64,000 bases of DNA, from positions 3,840,001-3,904,000 of the forward strand of contig OY781964.1 in the NCBI GenBank assembly GCA_963677485.1, read 5' to 3'. The translations under genes and the position numbers were made by a program. Under the pieces are notes generated by a model. The model saw nothing but the letters and a program-made list of their open reading frames with translations. It was not told the origin of the DNA and made no database searches. Below, piece by piece: positions 46,339 through 55,790 of the stretch. Source of the stretch: Armatimonadota bacterium (GTDB taxonomy: Bacteria; Armatimonadota; HRBIN16). Numbering within the stretch: position 1 is the stretch's first letter; the number at the start of each line of letters is the position of its first letter.

Positions 46339-47376
46339 ATGAAAGCTGCCGTATTCCATGCGCTCAAAGACATGCGCGTCGAAACCGTCCCCGATCCAGT
46401 CGTGACCGATGATGCCGTTCTGCTGCGTGTGCGCGCTTGCGCGGTGTGCGGGTCAGATATCCGTATCTTCAACTACGGTAACAACCGCATCACACCTCCC
46501 CAGATTCTGGGCCACGAGATCGCCGGTGACGTGGTGGCAGTGGGCAAGAATGTGACCAAGTTCCAGGTCGGTGACCGCGTATGCACCGGTGCGGATATCC
46601 CCTGCGGCGAGTGCAAGCCCTGCGAGGCGGGGATGGGCAACAACTGCCGGACCAATCTGGCCATGGGATACCAGTTCCCGGGCGGCTTCGCTGAGTATGT
46701 GCTGCTGGAGCGGCGTGTGGTAAACTTCGGCCCGGTCCACAAGATACCGGCCCATCTGAGTTATGCAGAGGCCTCCCTGGCGGAACCGCTCGCTTGTGCG
46801 ATCAACGGCATCGAGATGACCGGCATGAACCCCGGTGAGACGGTGGTGGTGATTGGCGCTGGCCCTATCGGCTTGATGCTGGTGGAGATGGCGAAGTTCC
46901 AGGGAGCCGGCAAAGTGATTGTGGTGCAGCGCAGCAAAGCACGCATGGCGATTGCGAAAAGCTTCGGCGCCGATGTAGTGACCAGCCCGCTTGACGAAGA
47001 CCCCGTGCAGCGTGTGATGGCTGAGACCGATGGAGAGGGTGCCGACGTGATCTTCACCGCCACCAGCTCGCTGGAGACCCAGGAGCAGGCTTATCGTATG
47101 CTGGCCTTCCGCGGACGGCTGAACCTGTTTGGCGGTCTACCCGCTGGCAGCGAGAAGCTGTGTATCGACAGCAACCTTCTGCATTACCGCGAGGCGCTCA
47201 TGACCGGCTCACATGGCTCGGTGCCGCGACAGCATGGCCTGGCGCTTGACCTGATCGCGAAGGGTTGCATCGACGCCCAGAAGTATATCAGCGCGAAATA
47301 CGACCTTGACCACATCCTGGATGCTCTGGCCCTTGCGGGAGACCATACGGTGTGCAAAGTGATCATCGAGCCTTAA
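46339..47376 (+). CDS. Zn-dependent alcohol/polyol dehydrogenase (L-iditol 2-dehydrogenase-like)
   Basis: AVCGSD, GHEIAG, structural Zn cysteines, EPLAC and GAGPIG motifs. Confidence 0.9.
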   Translation: MKAAVFHALKDMRVETVPDPVVTDDAVLLRVRACAVCGSDIRIFNYGNNRITPPQILGHEIAGDVVAVGKNVTKFQVGDRVCTGADIPCGECKPCEAGMGNNCRTNLAMGYQFPGGFAEYVLLERRVVNFGPVHKIPAHLSYAEASLAEPLACAINGIEMTGMNPGETVVVIGAGPIGLMLVEMAKFQGAGKVIVVQRSKARMAIAKSFGADVVTSPLDEDPVQRVMAETDGEGADVIFTATSSLETQEQAYRMLAFRGRLNLFGGLPAGSEKLCIDSNLLHYREALMTGSHGSVPRQHGLALDLIAKGCIDAQKYISAKYDLDHILDALALAGDHTVCKVIIEP

Positions 47377-47386
47377 GGAGCGAATA

Positions 47387-48064
47387 ATGAGACCGAATAT
47401 ACTTTCCGCTTCGCTCCAGTGCGCCGATGTGCTGCACCTTGAGCAGGACCTGCAGAGCCTGAAGGCCGCAGGTGTCGAATATCTGCATATTGATGCTGCC
47501 GATGGGCACTTCGTGCCTAATCTGGGTGTGGGGATGGACTTCGCCAAGAAGGTGGCAAAAGCGAGTGACATCCCGCTGGATGTGCATTTGATGGTCAGCA
47601 ACCCCGACTTCTGGGTGCCGAAAGTGATCGACGAGTTGAACCCGGCGATTGTCTGCTGGCACGCTGAGGCCACGAATCACAGCGTCCGGCTGGCTCAGAC
47701 CGCGCGGGCCGCGGGAGCGAAGGCGGGCGTCTGCTTGAACCCAGGCACACCGGTGCATATGCTTGAAAACATCCTTCCTGAGGTCGATTTGGTGCTGCTG
47801 ATGACCGTGAACCCCGGGTTTGCAGGCCAGAAACTAGTGGAGAGCACTCTGCGGAAGATCGAGACACTGGCCGATATGGCCGATGGTCTAGAAGTAGAGA
47901 TCGATATCGCCGTCGATGGCAATGTCAGTTTCGAGGCAGGTCCACGCATGGCCGCCCTTGGAGCGAACTTCTTTATCTGTGGCACCAGCAGCCTTTGGCT
48001 GCCGGGTAATACGATCATGGACAACGCCGCGGCGTTCCGAAAGGCACTGGCCGAAGCCGAATAG
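47387..48064 (+). CDS. Ribulose-phosphate 3-epimerase family protein (possibly AlsE-like)
   Basis: HIDAADGHFVPN, DVHLMV, MTVNPGFAGQ and VDGNV motifs. Confidence 0.9.
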   Translation: MRPNILSASLQCADVLHLEQDLQSLKAAGVEYLHIDAADGHFVPNLGVGMDFAKKVAKASDIPLDVHLMVSNPDFWVPKVIDELNPAIVCWHAEATNHSVRLAQTARAAGAKAGVCLNPGTPVHMLENILPEVDLVLLMTVNPGFAGQKLVESTLRKIETLADMADGLEVEIDIAVDGNVSFEAGPRMAALGANFFICGTSSLWLPGNTIMDNAAAFRKALAEAE

Positions 48065-48078
48065 TGTAAACTATAAGC

Positions 48079-50007
48079 GTGAATAAGAGATTCTATACCG
48101 GGGTGGGGGCTGTGATCGCAGCGCTCATCCCGGCTTTGTGTCAGAGCCAGCCTCTGCAAATCGACTGGTTTGGGCCGTCTCGGGCGTGGTATCCGCAGGC
48201 TGCAGGTGCCATCGAGTGGCGCGCGTGGTGTCGCCTGCTGCCGGAGGGCGGAATCCCCAGCGGTACTAGGATCGCCATCTACCCGGTCAGCGGTTTGGAT
48301 TTTGGCGGAGGAAATGTGGTCCAGCCGTTGGAGTTATCCGCGGCGAAACCCGTGCAAGCCCTCTCGTTCGGATTGAACCTGAAGGGCAACGCCCCACCTG
48401 TTGCCTTCATCGCACCCCAAGACCCCGCCATGGTTCTAGCGAATGCTTCCACAGCCTATGTGGGCGGCACAGAGACCGGCATGGTCAAGCTGGGCAACTT
48501 GGGCGTTGGTCTGGTGGAGACCTCGGTGGGCACGGTGGTACGTTGGATGGTTCCTGAAGCTACCGGTTGGCGAACGGTGGGCGTGAGTGCTCCCTTAGTG
48601 AATGTGAACGCGAGCCTCAACAAGGGCGTGCGTCACAAGAGCAGCTTGAATGATGCCAAAATCAGCATGGTGAAGCCCGGAGTGGCCCGCATCACCGGCC
48701 AATGCGGTGACGGTGCGCGGGTGAGTGTCGATCTTACGGCCGCCTCGCTGACGACCATACGGGCTGATATCAGCTATACCGCCAAGGGTAACATGCAGGT
48801 TTGGGATGCCTGCCTGTTTGACCTGCGCGCGGGCGATGCGGACATCGGTAACGGCATCGGACTGGTGCCCCAGGTGGGCGCCTTCCCCTATAAATACAAC
48901 GACCTGACCGCGGCCACCCCCAATAGCACCGCTACCGAGAAATCTGCACCTGCCGCGAGTTCCTGGATGGCCATGAGCGGGCAGTCGGGTGGTGTGGCTG
49001 TACAGCCGGTGGAGGCCTCGGTTCGGTCCGTGAGCAGTTCTGTGGAGTGGGACTTCGCCTCGCCCAACAACCCGTATCTTCAGAACAATGTGTGGTTTCG
49101 GGTCACGCCCCAACTTCCGGACATCCTTCCAATGAGCCTCAGCACAGGTCAAAGCATCAGCGTGTCGGTTCGTGTTCAGATATGTCCGGATAACCTCAGT
49201 GTGGAGCCGCTTCTATGGCCCTGGCTGAAGAATCGCAGCGTGGCCTGGCAAAACCTGAGCGGTGCCATGACGCCCATCGTGGACACTCCAGCGGAAACCG
49301 CTGTGCTCTCAGGGGACTCCAACGCCCTATTGGCACCTGGTGACACGGGCTTTGACCCGAACCAGATCGATGCTGCTACCGCCCAGAAGGCTGCTGCTGC
49401 TGCCAAAACGGCGCTCTTGACCGCCGATCCTGCCATGCAGATGCTGGCAAGCAGTTGGCTGAACAACGCCACCCAGCGGTTCTACGGGCGTGACGGATTC
49501 ATTGACGCATCGGCGATGCTCTTACCTGAGATGGCGAGTGTGGCGATGAATAGTTGGACTGCGACCGGTAACGAGCAATGGGCTGGCTGCTTGCGCGATG
49601 TGACGGTCACCGGCTGTGCGTTGAACTCTCAAAAGCTGCAGCCCTGGGCTAGCCGGTTTGGTGGTGCCTACTTGCTGCGAAACGGATTGCCGATCAGCGA
49701 CGAGCTGCTGGCGAAGCTTCCGGCAGCTAACGCCATGGGGCGGGTGCAGTCCAAGCGTGTGACGGTCGGCGTCTGGAGCGGGAGTGTGAGCGGCTGTGCG
49801 CCTTTCGGTGTCAGCACTGTCGGGTCCTTTTCCGTCACGCTGACTCGCGACGGTGCTCAGTTGGTGGTGATCAACGGCTGCCCGTTGCCAAAGGGCGTGA
49901 AGTTCGCAGGGGCACCTATGTCCGCAACTGACTGGAGTTATCTGCCCGACCGCAAGCTGCTGGTAGTGCGCCTTCCTGGTGCAGGGAGTCTGAGTGTAGG
50001 ATTTTAG
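48079..50007 (+). CDS. Hypothetical secreted protein
   Basis: 642-aa ORF with a signal peptide and host-like codon usage. No family recognised. Confidence 0.7.
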   Translation: MNKRFYTGVGAVIAALIPALCQSQPLQIDWFGPSRAWYPQAAGAIEWRAWCRLLPEGGIPSGTRIAIYPVSGLDFGGGNVVQPLELSAAKPVQALSFGLNLKGNAPPVAFIAPQDPAMVLANASTAYVGGTETGMVKLGNLGVGLVETSVGTVVRWMVPEATGWRTVGVSAPLVNVNASLNKGVRHKSSLNDAKISMVKPGVARITGQCGDGARVSVDLTAASLTTIRADISYTAKGNMQVWDACLFDLRAGDADIGNGIGLVPQVGAFPYKYNDLTAATPNSTATEKSAPAASSWMAMSGQSGGVAVQPVEASVRSVSSSVEWDFASPNNPYLQNNVWFRVTPQLPDILPMSLSTGQSISVSVRVQICPDNLSVEPLLWPWLKNRSVAWQNLSGAMTPIVDTPAETAVLSGDSNALLAPGDTGFDPNQIDAATAQKAAAAAKTALLTADPAMQMLASSWLNNATQRFYGRDGFIDASAMLLPEMASVAMNSWTATGNEQWAGCLRDVTVTGCALNSQKLQPWASRFGGAYLLRNGLPISDELLAKLPAANAMGRVQSKRVTVGVWSGSVSGCAPFGVSTVGSFSVTLTRDGAQLVVINGCPLPKGVKFAGAPMSATDWSYLPDRKLLVVRLPGAGSLSVGF

Positions 50008-50137
50008 AGCATCAGTGACTGTCTTTTGGGGCATCTGCAGCTATAATGATATATCGACATCGGTCGCTATAGAGGCACAGATGATTAACTTAGTGCTTCA
50101 GTCATGACGGTGGCATTCATCGTAAGGAGGTCTCGAC

Positions 50138-51409
50138 ATGAGTAAAATACTACCCATCAACATTGATGAACTGCTTCATTGCAGAGGTGTGGAGTCGGCT
50201 CGTGTCGAGTTCAAAGGAAGCTGGGATGCAAAAACCACCGGTCACCAGGTCATCAAAACTATATGCGCCTTCGCGAATGACTTTCAGAACCTAAATGGCG
50301 GGTACATCGTCATCGGGGTCAAGGAGGAGAATGGTTGTGCTGTTTTGCCTCCAGTGGGTATTCTTCCAAACAGCCTGGATGTCATCCAAAAGTGGATCAG
50401 AGGGCATTGCAACACCATCGATCCTGAATACCAGGCTGTGTTTTCGCCTGAAGTGGTCGATGGTAAGCAGATTATGGTCATTTGGGTTCAAGCCAGCGAC
50501 ATCCGCCCGCACAGGGCACCCGATGGTGAAAAGGGGAGGCTCAAATTCTACGTTCGTATAGGCTCTGAAAGTGTTGATGCTGAAGCGAACGGCTTACTGC
50601 AGCAGCTATTGCAGCAAACGGCACGAGTGCCATTCGATGACCGTCGATCTTTGCATGCTCGCATTGATGATATCCGCGAGCGTAAAGTGCGTGAGTTTCT
50701 GAATGATATCCGTAGTGGCTTGGTTGATGAACCGGATACTAAGGAGCTTTACCGGAAACTGCGGATAGCCCAGCAGGTAAATGGTCATGATGCCCCAAGG
50801 AATATCGGTCTAATGCTGTTCAGCAATGATGCAGACGAGTGGTTCAATGGTGCCCGCATTGAGGTTGTGCGTTTTGCAGATGATGCATCTGGGAATGTCA
50901 TTGAGGAAAAGGTGTTTCGAGGCGGTATTCAAGAGCAGCTTTCAAGTGTTCTCTCTCATCTAGAAGGCATATCAAGTGCCTATATTGAGAAACAATCGGA
51001 TTCATTTTATGTGAAGGGCTGGGTGAGTTACCCACTACAAGCACTGCGAGAAGCACTAGTGAATGCCGTATACCATCGGTCATATGATGGGGAACCGGAA
51101 CCGACAAAAGTGTATCTTTACCCAGGCCGTATAGAAATCATCAGCTACCCTGGCCCAGTCCAGGGGATTAAAATCGAGCATTTAATGCAGCAGATTCCCA
51201 TGCCACCTGTACCTGCCCGAAACCGCCGGATAGGGGAGTTCCTTAAGGAGCTGAGGCTTGCGGAAGGGCGTGGCACCGGAATCCCCAAACTTTTTAAGGC
51301 GATGCGTGACAATGGTTCCGGTGACCCTCAGTTTGATTTCGATGATGACAAAACCTATTTTAGGGTGACCTTGCCCTCTCATCCAGCCATGCAGCAAAAT
51401 GGTGGCTGA
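50138..51409 (+). CDS. AlbA_2 (Schlafen-like) plus HATPase_c_4 domain protein
   Basis: ESARVEFK, ICAFAN...GGYIVIGV, ALREALVNAVYHRSY, RNRRI and EGRGTGI motifs. Confidence 0.88.
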   Translation: MSKILPINIDELLHCRGVESARVEFKGSWDAKTTGHQVIKTICAFANDFQNLNGGYIVIGVKEENGCAVLPPVGILPNSLDVIQKWIRGHCNTIDPEYQAVFSPEVVDGKQIMVIWVQASDIRPHRAPDGEKGRLKFYVRIGSESVDAEANGLLQQLLQQTARVPFDDRRSLHARIDDIRERKVREFLNDIRSGLVDEPDTKELYRKLRIAQQVNGHDAPRNIGLMLFSNDADEWFNGARIEVVRFADDASGNVIEEKVFRGGIQEQLSSVLSHLEGISSAYIEKQSDSFYVKGWVSYPLQALREALVNAVYHRSYDGEPEPTKVYLYPGRIEIISYPGPVQGIKIEHLMQQIPMPPVPARNRRIGEFLKELRLAEGRGTGIPKLFKAMRDNGSGDPQFDFDDDKTYFRVTLPSHPAMQQNGG

Positions 51410-51483
51410 GCCATTATATACCACTGAAGTATGCAGGAGCCATTGTCGTATCCGCTAATGCGATGTGTTCTGCGTTTGTTGCA

Positions 51484-51513
51484 CAATCGCGCCACTATAC
51501 CGTGGCGCGATTG
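51484..51513. terminator. Hairpin between convergent genes
   Basis: Perfect 12-bp stem CAATCGCGCCAC / GTGGCGCGATTG. Confidence 0.55.
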
Positions 51514-51559
51514 GTCGATGTGTATAGGTATATGCCGTATCTATTGATGAATTGGCGAA

Positions 51560-53737
51560 CTACTTCAACCCCTCCAGCCGTGAGATGACTTCATCCTGCA
51601 GTGTCTTGCCGATGTTGGTGAAGTCGGCACTGTAGCCGGCGATGCGGATCATCAGCCCGTGGTACTGCTCAGGATGGGCTTGGGCGAGCTTCAAAGTTTC
51701 CGAATCCATGAAGTTGATCTGCAACTGACTGCCGCCCATGGCCACGTAGGCCTTGATGAGCGCCACGATGTTGGTTCGAGCTTCACTGGTGCGTGCATCA
51801 GCCGGGGCCAGCCAGATGGTGCTGACATTCCCACCCTGCAGATGTGAATGATCTAGCGTATAAAGTGACCTCAGTGTGTTGGTGACGCCCCGGTTGGCGA
51901 AGCCCTGCGATCCCGCCATCGAGTCCGCGAGTGTGTCGCCATTGCGGCGGCCGTCCAGCGTGTTTCCCATGTATCGCCCGTAGTCGATGTGCATGTTCTG
52001 CCCGCCGGAGAGATGCCCAAGTGCGATCGCCTTCCGTAATGGCGTAGAGCGCGATTCCAGGGCTTCCGAGAGCATCTTGACCAGTTTCGCGGCGAGATGG
52101 TCTACCTCTGGCTCACCTTGTCCAAATTTGGGCATTGCCTTCACCTGTTTTCGGAATGCCTCATCGCCGTCATCTAGCCGTGCTATGATCTCAGCCGGGC
52201 TCTCGTGCTGCTTATACACCAAGGTTGACCAAGAATAGAGCATATCAGCCGCGTTTGGCAGCCCGATGGCGGCGTATTGTGCCATAGTGTTCACCGCACC
52301 GCCTTTGGTCAGATCAAGGCCCTTCTCCAGACAGCAAGGCATGAACATGCTGAAACCCAGATACAGTGGGCTGGTTTCGTCCATCCATATGGTGGTGTCG
52401 CGCACGGCGTCGGCCACGATGTCGATGTGCTGCTGCATTCTGAGCCAGAGGGTTTGCTCCGATGGCTCATCTGACGCGGCGGTTTCGCGGATGACATCGT
52501 CGACAAGCAAAGCCAGGTTGATCCAGCCATTGGGTGATCCCCAGTTGCTTTTCCCCGGGCTAACTACCTCAGTGCATCCGCCAAGAGCATATCCACGTGC
52601 CTGTTCCGTTGGGATACCAACGCGTTCCAGACCCCTGATGATGGGCTCGTCTCCATAGAAGTTAGGCTCTGAAAGGCCCTCCGCCAGCATCTGCACCGCA
52701 AAGTCAATGACCTCGTCCGGTGTGGTGGTGTTCAGGCGGACATATACGGTGGGGCGTGAGAGCCGCACATTGCGGATAGCCTTCAGGTAGAGCATGGTCA
52801 GCTCGTTGCAGGCATCCGAGCCGTCAGGGTGTAGCCCGCCCAGCGTGAGGGTGTGGATGCTGCTGACATTGCTGTCGGCCTCCGAGTAGTCACGGTGCGC
52901 TTTGATGAGCAGGCACTCGATCAGTTCCTGGGCCTCCTCTGGCGTGATGCGGCCCTCGGCAAGGTCTTTGCGGTAGAAGTCGATGAACAACTGGTCATGC
53001 CGTCCCATATCCCAACTGCAGGTATGGTAGAAGAACCAATAGCTCTGCAGAGCCTCACGGAAAGTCCCTGCCGGTTTCGCAGGCACCTTGCTGCAGATGG
53101 CTGCGATCTCCCGCAGCTCCTTCGCTCGTTGAGGATATTCTTCGCAATCAGCCATTCGCAAGGACTCAGTTGCGTAATTTGCGGCCAGTTGCATCACGGC
53201 TTTATGAACTGCGATATAAGCTTGAGTGAAGATTAGCTCCTCACCGCTTCGGTCTTTTGCCAGCTCCTCAGCACGCCCGATGATGCCCTCGCAACCGATA
53301 TTGATCAGGGCTTCATAGTCTGCGATGCGGTGGCAATGGGCGGTCATGGGAGAAATCAGGCTGCGTAGTGCCATCGCCTTCAAGTCCGCACGATCCGGGG
53401 GTACCATCTTGGCGTATTCAGGCACGTAGGCATCGCCGTCAGGAACCCATCCGCCAACCTCAGGACTGTCTTGAGGAGCTCGCAGCCGTGCGCCGACGAT
53501 TAACTCACCCGGTCGGATGTAAGGCGGCAGGTGGCTCCAGATCGCGGAGGTGGCCATTGCGAACTGCTCTATGGGATGTGCCGGAGATACCGCACCATAA
53601 GTCCGGCAGGTCTCAGCCCACTGAATCCATGGGGTGAATTTCATGTTCGCGGCTTCGTGGGCCATCATCTCAGTGCGGGGGGTGATTCCTCTGCGCAGTG
53701 CGCTTTGAAGGCCCCGTGATACTGTTGCTACTGCCAT
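51560..53737 (-). CDS. Glycyl radical enzyme (pyruvate formate-lyase family)
   Basis: TFREALQ, GRHDQ, LTLGG, active-site GGCTE, PKFG, DGR and C-terminal IRIAGYS glycyl loop. Confidence 0.9.
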   Translation of the reverse strand: MAVATVSRGLQSALRRGITPRTEMMAHEAANMKFTPWIQWAETCRTYGAVSPAHPIEQFAMATSAIWSHLPPYIRPGELIVGARLRAPQDSPEVGGWVPDGDAYVPEYAKMVPPDRADLKAMALRSLISPMTAHCHRIADYEALINIGCEGIIGRAEELAKDRSGEELIFTQAYIAVHKAVMQLAANYATESLRMADCEEYPQRAKELREIAAICSKVPAKPAGTFREALQSYWFFYHTCSWDMGRHDQLFIDFYRKDLAEGRITPEEAQELIECLLIKAHRDYSEADSNVSSIHTLTLGGLHPDGSDACNELTMLYLKAIRNVRLSRPTVYVRLNTTTPDEVIDFAVQMLAEGLSEPNFYGDEPIIRGLERVGIPTEQARGYALGGCTEVVSPGKSNWGSPNGWINLALLVDDVIRETAASDEPSEQTLWLRMQQHIDIVADAVRDTTIWMDETSPLYLGFSMFMPCCLEKGLDLTKGGAVNTMAQYAAIGLPNAADMLYSWSTLVYKQHESPAEIIARLDDGDEAFRKQVKAMPKFGQGEPEVDHLAAKLVKMLSEALESRSTPLRKAIALGHLSGGQNMHIDYGRYMGNTLDGRRNGDTLADSMAGSQGFANRGVTNTLRSLYTLDHSHLQGGNVSTIWLAPADARTSEARTNIVALIKAYVAMGGSQLQINFMDSETLKLAQAHPEQYHGLMIRIAGYSADFTNIGKTLQDEVISRLEGLK

Positions 53738-53780
53738 TTTCCGTGCGATCCTCCGGTGTGGTTTGGGTGCGTATGGTTAT

Positions 53781-53844
53781 ATTGTAAAGAGCTATTGGTA
53801 GTCTATCCTTGACGATATGGCCAAAAACCCGCATAATATGGCCA
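53781..53844. promoter_or_regulatory. Divergent promoter with candidate AraC half-sites
   Basis: ATATGGCCA direct repeat at 53815 and 53836 (21-bp period). TTGACG-N17-CATAAT on plus and TACAAT -10 on minus (53781-53786). Confidence 0.55.
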
Positions 53845-53865
53845 TAACACAGGAATGGGGTAACT

Positions 53866-54732
53866 ATGAGCACGGAGATCGTCTACTACCAGTTCCCGGA
53901 TGATGGGTTGCCGATCGATGTGATGATGGTGGACACCCCGGAGTTCAGCTATCCCATCCACACGCACCCTTTCATTGAGCTGGTGTTGATCTTGTCGGGA
54001 CAGGGCACACATGTGCTGGGCGATACGCCGGTGCCGGTGCAGGCGGGGGATGTGTTTGTGGTGGTGCCAGGCAACGTCCATGCCTACTTGAACATGGCCC
54101 GGTTTCGGTATATCAACGTGCTATTCCAGCAGGAGGCACTCAGCGAGGAACTGCCGGACCTGCGCCGAATCCCCGGGTATCACGCGCTTTTTGAACTGGA
54201 GCCGCACCTGCGCCTACAAAACGGCGGGAGAAGCCGGCTCCACCTCAATGCGGAAGACATCCCGTATGTGATCGCCAGGGCGGAACAGATACGCACCGAG
54301 CGGAGAAGCACGGAGCCTGGTTATAAGCTGGTGGTGAAAAGTGCTCTGGTGCAGTTGGTGGTGTTTCTTTCGCGACGCTACGAGCAGATGGAGCACCACT
54401 CAGCGAAGATGCTGGTCAACCTGGGCGAGGTGATCAGCTACATGGAGCGGAACTACAGCTCAGCGATCTCCCTGCCGGAGTTGGCCAGAGTGGGTTGCAT
54501 GTCGCAGCGTAACCTGATTCGGCAGTTCCGCACCGCCACGGGCCATTCGCCCGTGGACTACATGATTCGTCTGCGAATCCGTCATGCGCTGGAGCTGCTG
54601 CGGGATGAGAATCTGAGCGTCTCCCAGGTATCAGCCAGGGTTGGGATAGGTGACAGCAACTACTTCACCAGGCAGTTTGCCCGCGTGATGGGCATGACAC
54701 CCCGACGCTACCGCTCTTCATTGAAGGAGTGA
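53866..54732 (+). CDS. AraC family transcriptional regulator (RhaR/RhaS-like)
   Basis: Cupin HTHPFIELV and C-terminal double HTH (VG..DSNYFTRQF..GMTP..YR). Confidence 0.93.
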   Translation: MSTEIVYYQFPDDGLPIDVMMVDTPEFSYPIHTHPFIELVLILSGQGTHVLGDTPVPVQAGDVFVVVPGNVHAYLNMARFRYINVLFQQEALSEELPDLRRIPGYHALFELEPHLRLQNGGRSRLHLNAEDIPYVIARAEQIRTERRSTEPGYKLVVKSALVQLVVFLSRRYEQMEHHSAKMLVNLGEVISYMERNYSSAISLPELARVGCMSQRNLIRQFRTATGHSPVDYMIRLRIRHALELLRDENLSVSQVSARVGIGDSNYFTRQFARVMGMTPRRYRSSLKE

Positions 54733-54747
54733 TGTTGCTAGTATCTC

Positions 54748-54830
54748 GTCGTAGGGGCGCACCTTGTGAGCGCCTTAAACTAGGACTATCGCAAGAACAA
54801 CGATTAGGGCGCCCACAAAGGACGCCCCTA
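54748..54830. repeat. GTAG-family REP doublet
   Basis: GTCGTAGGGGCGCACCTTGTGAGCGCCTTAA...TTAGGGCGCCCACAAAGGACGCCCCTA. Same family as 3800-3886. Confidence 0.85.
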
Positions 54831-54879
54831 TGGCACTATCAGTTACAGCCTAAGCCGCCATGTCAGCAGGGGAAGATGC

Positions 54880-55671
54880 TTACCCCGGAATTTCGCCAAC
54901 ACCCTTCAGCACGATGCCAGGGTTGTACGGGTAGCGGTTCATGCTGCGTTCGTCGCTGACGCCGCTCAACACCAACACTGTCTCGATTTCGCTTTCTATA
55001 CCCGCAATGATGTCTGTGTCCATACGGTCACCCACAATCACCGTGTCTTCGCGCTTGGCACCCAGCCGTCGCAACGCGTGGCGCATCATCAGCGGGTTCG
55101 GTTTACCAACATAGTAGGCCTTTCGGCCGGTGGCCAGTTCGATCGGGGCCGTCAGAGCACCGCAAGCGGGCACAATGCCACGCTCGGTGGGGCCGGTGAC
55201 ATCAGGGTTCGTGCCGATCAGCTTGGCTCCCTGACGGACCAGGTGGCTGGCTTTTTCGATCTTGTCAAAGCTGTAGCTGTGTGTCTCGCCAATGACCACA
55301 TAGTCAGGGGTGTAGTCGTTCATGGTGAAGCCCGCCTCATAGATGGCGTTAGTTAGCCCTGCATCACCGATGACATAGGCGCTCCCGCCCGGGCATTGGC
55401 TAGCCAGAAAACTAGCGGTCGCAAGCGCACTGGTGTAGAAGTGCTCTTCACCGACCTGCAAACCCATCCGCTCCAGCTTCTGCGATAGCTCACGGGCGGT
55501 TTGCTGACTGCCATTCGTCAGAAAAAGATATTTTTTGTTGCTGAGCTGAAGCCACTCCAACAACTCCTTGGCACCGGGCAGCAGGTTGGGGCCGTGGTAA
55601 ATCACACCGTCCATGTCGCAGATGAAAGCCGGTTTATTTCGGATAGCCTCAATGGTAATGCGTATCTCCAA
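54880..55671 (-). CDS. HAD-IIA family hydrolase (NagD-like)
   Basis: CDMDGV, LTN, TNPD, GKPN and GDRMDTDI motifs. Confidence 0.92.
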   Translation of the reverse strand: MEIRITIEAIRNKPAFICDMDGVIYHGPNLLPGAKELLEWLQLSNKKYLFLTNGSQQTARELSQKLERMGLQVGEEHFYTSALATASFLASQCPGGSAYVIGDAGLTNAIYEAGFTMNDYTPDYVVIGETHSYSFDKIEKASHLVRQGAKLIGTNPDVTGPTERGIVPACGALTAPIELATGRKAYYVGKPNPLMMRHALRRLGAKREDTVIVGDRMDTDIIAGIESEIETVLVLSGVSDERSMNRYPYNPGIVLKGVGEIPG

Positions 55672-55790
55672 GATTTCTCTCCCGTAAGCTGATCTTTACA
55701 ACACCATTGTACTGCACGGATGTTAACAACAGCATTTGGTGTTCCCATATCACGCTGTCGCCGTGTAAAATGATCAAGGAGGGTAATACA

